Shown here piece by piece: positions 1 to 9,949 of a stretch of 64,000 nucleotides of DNA (its first letter is position 1; every line of letters starts with the position of its first letter). The translations under genes were made by a program, and so were the position numbers. Location of the stretch: assembly GCA_004022145.1 (NCBI GenBank), contig RCNU01000002.1. One strand, given 5' to 3'. Under the pieces are notes generated by a model that was not told where the DNA came from, made no database searches, and worked only from the letters and a program-made list of their open reading frames with translations. The DNA is from Paecilomyces variotii (Eukaryota).

Positions 1-1513
1 TCCCCTAGCTGAGCCAGGGAGTCCTGAAGCTCAGCCGAAGATATCGGCCTTCGTCAATGTCCTAATCAATTTGCCCGAGCAAATGAATTTTGCTGTGGAT
101 ATACCCCGTGTGCGTGCTAATGCGGATGTCTTCTATCATGGAAACAAGCTTGGATTTCTAGATCTGAAGAAGTGGCAGCCTGCGAACGCTACCCGTCTTG
201 AAGGTTCCGACGGGCCCCCTAGCCTGCTGGTAGTATTCGATATCAAAGATGCACCGCTCCACGTTACAGATGAGGATGTATTCACCGAAGCTATACAGGC
301 TTTGATCTTTGGAGGACAGCCTATTTCCCTCAAGGTGGCTGCAGATGTTGATGCGGAGGTGAAGACGGCATTGGGGCAGTTTCTGATACGCAAGATACCT
401 GCTGAAGGCAAGATCAATGTGAAGCGTAAGTCGAGGCCGACTGACTTGAAGACCCTCACGACTGAACATCCTTTAGCTCCCTACGGTCAGTCTTTATCTG
501 ACATAAACCCCCGCGTCGAATCCCTGAAACTTCTACACACGACGGAAACGTCTGTTCTAGTTCAGGCAATGGTCAACTTCACGAACCCGACAAAGTATGC
601 GGCGATGATCCCCCTGGCTGACCTGCTCCTGTCATACAATGGAATAGGAGTCGCACATTTGATTATGCGAAACGTCTCTGTTGTTCCTGGATCAAATTCT
701 GGTGTTCCTCTAGAACTCCTCTGGAATCCATTCGATTCAAATGGCACTGATGGGATAGCAGCTGGTAGAGACATGCTGTCACAATACGTTTCAGGTCGGT
801 ATCTTTGGGATATATTTTTCTTGGGTTAAGTGACTAAATTATCTTAGGAATGAACACTACTGTGACGCTCCAGAGCCACGAGGGTACTATACCTGCGCTA
901 CCGCAGCTTGGCCGAGCGTTTTCCGAATTGCGACTAGATCTTCAAGTTCCCAGGCTTCGGTTACCGGGTGCACCACGCGATGACGATGACGATCCTGATG
1001 CTGATGATGGACCCCATTTCATCAAGGATGCAACGGTACTGTCTTCTTTCCTCGCTACTTCAGCCTTCTAGCGATTCTAACCAGTGTATACCGGTGGGGT
1101 GTCCCTCTTGTCACCACATTTGACCATTCCAGTCTAAATCACGACAGCAAGCTAACATCTATGCTTGATAGTTTCATCTGTGGACTTCAACCGCTGTTTT
1201 TACGCTGCTCTCACCGTTCGCTGAGACCACTGTATTTGTGACTTCGGTCGATGCGGTAGCTTTCTACAACCATACAGAAGCCCTTGCGAAGATTCTTTAT
1301 CAACTTCCTTTTGCAGTTCCGCCCGGCGAGTCAGAGACTCCAAGGCTCCCTGTCGATTTAAACGTGAATGATGCTGGTCTTGATGTTTTGAAAAGAGCTC
1401 TGGGTGGTACACTACGGATGGATGCTCTTGCGAAGATAGGCGTTAGGATGGGGGAATACCAGACAGTTATATTATACAAGGGTAAAGGTATTGGAGCGAA
1501 AGTCAGGATATAG
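1..1513 (+). CDS. 3' part of a Tag1-like / DUF3712 (LEA2-like repeat) membrane protein, often annotated 'pre-rRNA processing protein' in Aspergilli; 5' end lies outside the window
   Basis: ORFs 71-829, 850-1071 and 1238-1513 join through GT-AG introns at ~426-476, ~795-847 and 1036-1171. Beta-rich repeats (NFTNPTKY, AFYNHTE..LYQLPFAVPPGESETPRLPV) and C-terminal YKGKGIGAKVRI*. Confidence 0.65.
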
Positions 1514-3432
1514 CGCTGGTTCGTTATGATTTGCGGAATATCCCCGCCATTGTTCTTCAGGGAGGGGTTATTGGAGTATAGGGATAGGACCATTATCTAG
1601 CTCAGTTGGTTTTCTCTTCGCGGATATTTCATCCGCGACATGGCAAATATTAGGTTGCGTCGATTGATTGCTTATGAAGTACCAATTCACAGACTCTAGG
1701 TTATTGTGCCAGATCCTCGGAGCGGTTTCAGCTTCAATTTCTTTCATGATCTATAAGACATTCTCCTCCCCATTTTGCCTAACGAGATTCCCAGTGTCAC
1801 TTCAGTAACTAGTATGATGCTGAGGTGGCTCGTCTTGTCTTTTAATTCGACAACACCGTCGATCAACGAAGCAGCTATACAACGCACCATCGACTCGTAC
1901 CTATCATCGCTCACCCCGTGGTCTCGGATGGCTGGAAAGAACGGTCTTGGAACAAACTCCTCGTTCTATCACCTTTGACCAGAAATTGCACCTCATTACT
2001 AACCATCACCGAACATCCAATCCCCTTGACCCGGAACTTCTGCGGAAACTAATTACCTCTCTGTAGGTATCGGACGGGACGCGCCTATCTCCGCTTGCCG
2101 AGGCTGCGCAGTCCCCAGGATCTTTCGTTTTCAATCTTCCCTGCCTGCTAGCGTCTACTCATAGATATGGTAGGTAGGGGAGTGTTACTCTTGTCCTACG
2201 TACGTGCACGTTTCTGTGTTCTCTTTGACGTCTTTGACGGGGGCTGTCTCCATAATGTGAGGATGCCGCGTACTGATAATATAATAGTGGATACATTTTC
2301 GATTCGGTGTCTAGATATTGCTGTGTTATATGCCGTGTCAGTATTCATCTAGGTCCAAATTGCGATACTTCGTCGCCGCATCGCCCTAGCAGTACTCCTT
2401 GAATCTACTTACATCGTCCTCGGACCTATATATCTATGAACTTCACCGATGCAAACTAACAGAACGAGGTACACTTGTTACAGCGGGAGGCAAGTTGAGG
2501 TTTCGATAGCTGGCGGTGATACAGTGTGATGAGTCCCGCGTATAACTGTTTGCCTTATGGCAACTCCTCATAAAAAGGTCAAGTTTACCGAATTAATGTT
2601 GCACAGTCATTTGATCAATGCATTAGAGCTACTGCCCATGGCAAGAAAGCCTGGGATCATATGAAGACCAACTTGGTCATCTTCATATCCGAGAGCCAAC
2701 CGGGTCTGCAGGGAGCGCTTATTGTTTGCCATATCACCTGTTCTCCTATAAGGAAATAGCCGCTGGACACCCATGCATGACATGGCAAATGCCTTGTCCA
2801 ATTGCCGCTCAAGTTCCACAGCATTTCAAATATACCGGGGGAATGTTGGTGTTCCGCAAGGCAAGCGCGATATGGTACACTTGCGGGAATGATATCAAAT
2901 CTCTATATATTTGCTGCTATGATCCATGTCATGAACTGTTCTTACTGATAAAGATTTTACTCCTTTGTGGATTTACTGCTTCGTCATTCCGATAACTTTG
3001 TAACTGTTCCCCATTGATTCAACGGCTTCTTGTGAGAAACTTAACAAGTATTCTGTGTCTGAAGACCTGAGTACATTCACAGCTACAGTCCAGGCCGACC
3101 TCATAAATGGGCTTGCACTGCGCCTTGTTCCATTCAATAGTGGACTTGTACCCCGACAGAGTTAAGTCCATGATTTAAGCCACAACTGTGGTAAGACCTT
3201 GTCTTCGCATTTTAAGGTACGTCCTAATGTCTTTGAAATATATCCTTAAGTTACTATTGAAGCGTCGTTTTACCCGGATACTTAGTTAGGCTGACTATTG
3301 ATCCCAGTTTCCAGTCAGACTCGTGATTACAGCTTCATTTTCGATTTGATATTTTTCGTGATCTAAACCAAATACCACCAAGCAATCAGCTGCCTTATCA
3401 GGAATCTACAAGAGGCGGGCTTGAAAGCAAAC

Positions 3433-3570
3433 ATGTGTCACAAAATTATTCACTACGTATGTGGCGCTGTTGAGAAGGTCTTTTCGGAGACATGCAGCTG
3501 TTCGCGCAAGGCTGAGGAGAATTACAGTCAGCGCCACTGCGGCATCTGCGAGATTTGTACCAATGGCTAG
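3433..3570 (+). CDS. Small Cys/His-rich protein, 45 aa (MCHKIIHYVCGAVEKVFSETCSCSRKAEENYSQRHCGICEICTNG)
   Basis: ATG in AAAC context. 7 Cys and 3 His with MC-x-Y-x-CG and CxxCxxC patterns. Upstream candidate 5'-UTR intron: donor GTAAGA 3191 or GTACGT 3217, branch CTGAC 3291, acceptor CAG 3307. Confidence 0.55.
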   Translation: MCHKIIHYVCGAVEKVFSETCSCSRKAEENYSQRHCGICEICTNG

Positions 3571-5211
3571 ATTATTATTGTCCAATTAGGTGAAGAATAC
3601 ATGCGTCTACAAGTGGAGTTGCCCTGAGGTCAAGACATTTCGTGAAACATATCTCTGACCGAAGTTGCGAAGCGCGCACTGCGCAGGGAGCAAGTCGAGG
3701 TACATGGATCCTTTGTAAGGAAACAGCACATTCCTATTAAGCCTGTGTCCCAGTTCTCACAGTGAAACTCTTATGGACTTGGTAACTCATATGTATTGTT
3801 TTTTTCTCATTGCAGCTGACGCCGTGGCCTCATTCTATTAAACCGTCTCTCTTCGGCGAGATGAACTTGTATGATTCAAGGAAACTAAATCATAATTTTA
3901 ACGCGGTCTATTCGCTCTTTTATCAGCTGTTATGGTCGAACTCGGCGAATAATAAATACAACTACAAACTTACCATGTTATGGCTCCCATGAATTCGATG
4001 TAGACACCGGGAACATGCAAAGATTCTACATACCAAAGCAATTTTCTCGTAAGAAAGTATCTATATGTCCCTTTCAGCTGGGGTTTGTAAAACCGAGCCG
4101 TTTGAGAAAGGCTACTATTCCCTTTGACTCTTGAGATGGAGGCAGAAACTGAGACAGTGGGCGCGACCAACACTGGCCAGCAAGTCTGCACATTGATCAA
4201 AAGACCAAGAGAGTGACCGATTAGCCGGGGCGGAAGTCGATTTCACATCATAAAATTCTTACCAAGACCCTATGATTCTGTCCAGCTAGGCTACCAGTCT
4301 TGCAAATATAACGGGCTCCGAATTCATTGAGACTATCTACAAGACGCCAATACGTCAATGCTTCGAATCACAACAATGCTGCTCAGCGACATCCTTTGAC
4401 AAGTCAGACAGGATATAATAATACTTAGTGCTCCTCTTCTCCTGTGTTTGTATAAAGTATATTGGCGAATACTTTTCTCGCGTGGTGTTTCAGATGTGAG
4501 AAGGAAGCTACATAACTAAGTAATCCCTCAGGTAGGTAGTTATCTCCGCTACGCCTAAATCAATTAATGCATGGACGAAGCATGTTAACGGAGCTATGGC
4601 GCTTCTGGAGCTGTATAGACCAGAATAATCCTATGGGCCTCCTCGACTTACTGCTTCTTTGCAGTAAGAAACGCGATAACTAGTGATGGCCTACTTGTTT
4701 CAAGGTCCTAGATAACTGGCTGTGTACATCGAATAATGCCCATTTCTGCAAGCCCCCATCAAGATGTCAGGGCAAGCAGTAGAGATCAAGCGTTCGCCTA
4801 TAGTAGCTTGTGTTCGTCGACTAATAGAAATAATGGCCGAGTTGCGCCCTATATATAAAGGAGGCATATACTTCAATGGTTCATATGAAGAAAGCGGAGC
4901 TTCGCAGTGGTTACCGAGTTCCCTCCCAACATAACATGAAATAGTATTATAACTATTGCGCCAAATGTACTGGATACAGTGTTGTGGCGGTTTATCAGAC
5001 GGAAATACTCGATAGATAAATGGGTCTTCGAAAGAATGACTACAGCCGAGAGACCCTACAAAATCGGCGTATTCGATCGCTTAACCGTCCGAGTTCCTAC
5101 ACTAGGTGGAAATTACGAGACATGGATGAAACAGAAGGATCTATCCCCGGCATGAATTACTAGTTGCTGAATACAAAAGAGAAAGATATCTGAATATTTG
5201 ACACATGCTTT

Positions 5212-6269
5212 TTAACCAGGGGGCAGAGTGCTAGCGTCGACAACGTCAGCGGCCTCCTTCTCGACCTCCTCGTTGGGATCCGAAAGAGGGGAACGAGGCA
5301 AGGCCATCAGACCCGTTCTCGTAGATTCCAGGATACCGAAGGGGGCGATCAGCTTGAGGAAGGAGTCGATACGAGAGGGTTTGGCGGAACTGGTCTAATG
5401 TTAGTTGTTTCCATCTGAATGAAGGGGGATAGATGCACTTACACCTCAACGATACAGTTGTTGTTGCTGATATCAAGCACCTTACCGCCGAACTGATGTG
5501 TCAGACGAGTGATAGCGTCGAGATGCTCGTGCTTGTGTCGCAGAGCCTGACTAGGGGGAAGGTGACGCGGGTGGAAATCAGAAGTGTCATCAAGAGATCC
5601 CGCAACCTTCTGCTGCTCGCGCCTCTGAGCCTCGCCCTCTGGAGCAGGGCGAGAACTGCCGTCCTCGGGAGTAGTGATTTCGCGGTGATGCTGCAGCAGC
5701 TCCTCGAAGACCTCGGGGCCTAGAATGCTGACCTTGGCCAAAAGCAGTTCACGCTGCACGAGAGCGGCATTGGTGTAGTCGAGCACAGCCCACACAGGAA
5801 CGAGGTCATCCAGCTGGCGACGAGCCTGTTCAACAACGCCGTCGAGGCCTTGGAGAACGATGGTCATGCGCGAGAGGTCCTCCACCTCCGTGTTGCAGAC
5901 CACCAGACTGTCAATGTTAAAGCCTCTGGCAGCCAGAATTCCGGAGATGCGAGAGAGCACACCGGGCTCATTCTGAACCAGGCAGTTCAGGATATGGCGC
6001 TTGGGAGGGTTCGTCGGAGGAAGAGGTGTCTCGTACAGGATGGACGACACAGCAGCGGGGGCATCCCACTGGGGTGACGAGTCCTGAACCGGAAGCGGGA
6101 GAGGAGCACGACGGTGCAGGGCCTTGTATGCAAGTGCAGACGTCGAGCTGGAAGAAGACCTGATGGATGTGAAGCGCGGCAGGGCGGCAGCGGTCTTCGA
6201 CGTGGCCGCGGAGGTCGCTGTCAAAGACGAAGACGCTGAGGACAGCGTCCAAGCGCGCCGGAAAGCCAT
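5212..6269 (-). CDS. ILV6: Acetolactate synthase small (regulatory) subunit, mitochondrial
   Basis: ACT domain HILNCLVQNEPGVLSRISGILAARGFNIDSLVV and S/R-rich presequence. Intron 5442-5390 (GTAAGT…CTAAC…CAG). Exon 2 reads VSAKPSRIDSF…LPPG*. Confidence 0.96.
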
Positions 6270-6420
6270 TTTCCGTAGCTGGCCTGTGACGGGAGACAGG
6301 CAGACAGCAAGCGCAGATCCTCTGATCCTCTCCCGTCAATGAGGAATGGGAACCGGGGAAAGAAGGTGAGGATCTTTGGAGGAGAAAGAGACGAGATATG
6401 ATTCTTTTCGAGTCAGCCGT

Positions 6421-6468
6421 CCGACGTCGGCTTGACTCACGCGTAAGTCCGATACCGGTAAATTACCG
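6421..6468. promoter_or_regulatory. Two Leu3/LeuB-type CCG-N4-CGG sites flanking a CpcA/Gcn4 TGACTCA site in the ILV6 / KH divergent promoter
   Basis: CCGACGTCGG 6421-6430, TGACTCA 6433-6439, CCGATACCGG 6449-6458, palindrome CGGTAAATTACCG 6456-6468. Confidence 0.7.
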
Positions 6469-6733
6469 CTAGTCTCTGTTGGGACAGGTCCAGTGGGCGC
6501 AACAATTGGCCATGATCGTTTTGCGTATCGAGATCTGGTATTGCTCGTACTAGCGTCTCTCGCCGCCTTGGCCGGCCACTAAACATGGACTTTGAACTTC
6601 CTCTCACGCTTCTTGGTATGCGACTTTTTTGATATAATCACGGCAGCTCTGGTTCTGCCCCCACGATCAGATAATCCGACTATATTTCATCGCCCTCTTC
6701 CTCTCCCGTTACCTTCCGCTCATTGAAGACGTC

Positions 6734-8750
6734 ATGGCTGATGAGGAGCGCCGGACGAAGCGCTCCCGCTTCGATCAAACGGAGCCTGAACCACGACGAT
6801 CCAGATTTGACCGCCGTTCGCGATCGCCCTCAGCGCGACAATCTGAATCTACTCGGACTAGAAGCCCTCTGAGCCGGGAACCGCGCAGTCCTGCCGCGGA
6901 GGACAAGAAGGATCCCGCAGCAGCAGCAGGTAGGCCGGCGTTGCCCCTCCAGGATGTTGCCTGTCATGAAAACTAACATTTCCGCGATCCAGCTGCGGCG
7001 GCCGCCAAAATCAACGCGCAGTTGCAAGCAAAGAAGGGAATTCAGCATGTCGATGTCCCTCCAATCCGATCTGTGAGCGAGAATGGTCATCGGCCTGCGA
7101 GGGATGTAGCTAACATACAGGAGACCGCGAGCCCGGTCGGTCAATCAGCCTCGCCGTCTGGCAGTCAGAGTGCGGGCAAGCTCAACGATGAGATCTATAT
7201 TGCGGACGGAGATTATATCAAGGATATCGAGGTCAACGATCTGCGCAACCGCTATACGCTGACAAAAGGCTCTACGCAGAAGATGGTAAATAGTTCCTGT
7301 TATATCCGCTGATATTCCCAGGCATTTGGCGCAAGGTGGCCAATGGGCCGCGCCTACTAACCTCTTTCTCGCGTTATTCCCCCCCATACTTTTGTCATGA
7401 CTGTGCCAGAAGCTTACCCAAACATAACCATAGCATCTCACATCCCCTCTTTTGCATCTGCTGACCTCGGCTGCGTGACATTTAGATCAAGGAAGAAACT
7501 GGCGCCGGTACGCCTCACTCCATACATTTTATATATCAACTTTGAAGGGATAGAAGCTCATCAGGTTTTTTTTTAAAGATGTCACCACCAGAGGCAGTTA
7601 TTACCCGGATAAGAGCATGGCCACAGCTGCCGTATGTTTCCCTCGACGCTTGAACAATCTGATTGTGGATGTTAATTGAAGCGCATACAGAACCCGCCGC
7701 TCTATCTGCACGTCACGAGTACTAGCAAGGAAGGCTTGGAAAAAGCCGTTGCCAAGATCGAGGAGCTTATGAAACAGGAGTTGCCCAATCTGGTCGATGA
7801 ACGACGCTTCCGCCGTCGAGAGCCAGAGAACTTTGAGCGTGACGAGTTTGGTCGAGTATGAGATGCGTATATAACCGTCTTCCGGGTTAAGAGGCTAACT
7901 TTCCCAGCGCAAATGGCCCGAAGAACGCATTCCTATCGACCTCGAGCCCATCCCAGGATTTAACCTTCGTGCACAGGTTGTTGGTCAGGGCGGCGCTTAT
8001 GTCAAGCATATCCAGCAGAAGACCCGTTGCAAGGTCCAGATCAAGGGTCGTGGCTCGGGATTCACTGAGGTCAGCACCGGTAGAGAAAGCGATGAGCCCA
8101 TGTACCTGCACGTGGCGTACGTAGACCCATTCCAGTGACTGCTTTCTTATACTAACCTTTGGCGCAGAGGACCTGATCCCAACGACGTTAAAGCGGCCAA
8201 GGAGCTTTGTGAGGATCTATTGGCCAATGTGAGAGAACAGTATCAGCGCTTCAAGGAGAACCCTCCTCAGCATAGATACGGTGGCTATGAACATCGCGGC
8301 GACCGTCACCACTCCTATGGCGGCGGCTATGGAGGAGGATATGGCAGCCAGTCGCACCATGCTTCTCCGCCTGCTTCTGCCAGTCCGACGGGTGCTGCTG
8401 CCCCTGGCACGCCTGCCGCTCCTGGCGCTTCTAGTGCTGCCGACTACGCTGCTCAATACGCCCAGTACTATGGTGGTGCTGATCCGTATGCTGCCTACGG
8501 GGGATACCAGAACTATCTTGCCTATTACCAGTACTACCAGCAGGCTGCTCAGCAACAGCAACAGCAATCTCAAAGCCCACCACCCCCTCCTCCGTCTAGT
8601 GAAGCTCCTCCGCCACCTCCACCTCCTGGTGCTGGCTCGCCGCCCCCGCCTCCTGGGGGAAGTGGTTATAATGCCGTATGTACCCCCTAAAATTGTGAAA
8701 ATGATGCGTCGACTAACTCGTGATAGGTTCCGCCACCTCCTGGTTTGTAA
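6734..8750 (+). CDS. KH-domain RNA-binding protein (KHDC4/BLOM7-like splicing factor)
   Basis: RS-rich N-terminus, YIKDIEVNDLRNRYTLTKGSTQ, DVTTRGSYYPD, FNLRAQVVGQGGAYVKHIQQKTRCKVQIKGRGSGF, and a Y/Q/P-rich tail. About 8 introns, including a 22-nt exon at 7486-7507. Ends VPPPPGL*. Confidence 0.9.
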
Positions 8751-9069
8751 ACGATCAGTCGATCGTACTCGCCCATAGATCTGGAAAACTTGGAAATCCA
8801 TTCCCCAGTACGTTATCCGGTTCATCACTAGGGTTATATGACAAGGTTATCTTGGTACTTAATGCCACCCACGTCTCGTACCACAGCCTTATCTGAACGA
8901 CTATCTTGAAGTGCAATTAATCGACAGACCTTTTACGAGATGCGTCTTTCAGGTATAGCGCCTGGCGCAGGTGCCCGGTGTTCGAGCCGATACTCGAGTC
9001 TGATTTTGTAATTTTTCCGCGCTTTCGTCGATTTTAATGGTACCCAAAAATCCCTGTCTTTGTGTTTAC

Positions 9070-9804
9070 TGATAGTAAAGAAACAAAAACCTGCCTCTGT
9101 GGCATTCGCACAACTGTAATGCTCTTCGTTTTATAATCTGTCGCTTCCGCAAAATGAAGAAATCTATCAGCTTTGGTAAGCACCTGTATTCGATACTTGC
9201 TATTTAGTAGTGTTGATGACAGCTGCAGTTCGACAATCAGGCTTCGCCTTCTCTCACTCAACTGTCCTCCGCTACAGAGTGTTCTCCTGACACGTATCTT
9301 CCTAGATGGCATCCGGTGCGTATTATTCGTAAGTCAGGTCGCTCTTGAGTAGTTGGTGAGGCGTTCCACGGAAGACAATACTGTCGTTTGACATTGCGGA
9401 ATATGCCCGCTGGCTTTGTTTATTCTACCCGGGCAAAACAAAGGTATCTACCACTAGTGCTTGCGACCTAACACTGAAGGAAAATATTCCAATAGCTAAG
9501 GTTCCCACCATTGGAGGGAGCGTGCGCTCCACCGTTCTAGAACAGCCAAGGCTATGATTGACCTGGATCCAACAACCACGGAAAACGTGCAGGACTTATA
9601 AGCTCCAGAGCTGTTATCTCGGGCAGTGTCCGATATCAGTCTTTTTATCTCATGGTGTCGGTAACCAAAGCACGAGATTGACAGGTCCATGTGGTATTCT
9701 GCATCCAATTATTTGATAGAAATGACGCGATCCTGCGCTTACCTTCGAAACAGCTGTTGGCCGAAAGTGGAGCCTTATGGTGTGATCATAGCAGCGCAAG
9801 ATAG
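9070..9804. promoter_or_regulatory. Cluster of HGATAR (AreA-type) sites upstream of the urea transporter
   Basis: TGATAG 9070, CTATCA 9164, TTATCT 9614 and 9645, TGATAG 9714, AGATAG 9799. Consistent with nitrogen regulation, but the motif is short. Confidence 0.35.
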
Positions 9805-9949
9805 ACCAGGACTGTAGGTTGAAGTAGTTCATAAGAAGATGCGATGTTCGCGACGCGGTGTCGTAGTTGTGTTGTAAGTGCCATACTCGATCCATGGTGA
9901 TACTCAATAGATCCCTGGTCGCGCAGAACCTCATTTCCCAGATATAGAT

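Noticed and set aside
1775-1978. 67-aa ORF with a protein-like middle (EAAIQRTIDSYLSSLTPW)
   Set aside because: TTG start, no recognisable family and no coherent exon chain; at most a decayed fragment.
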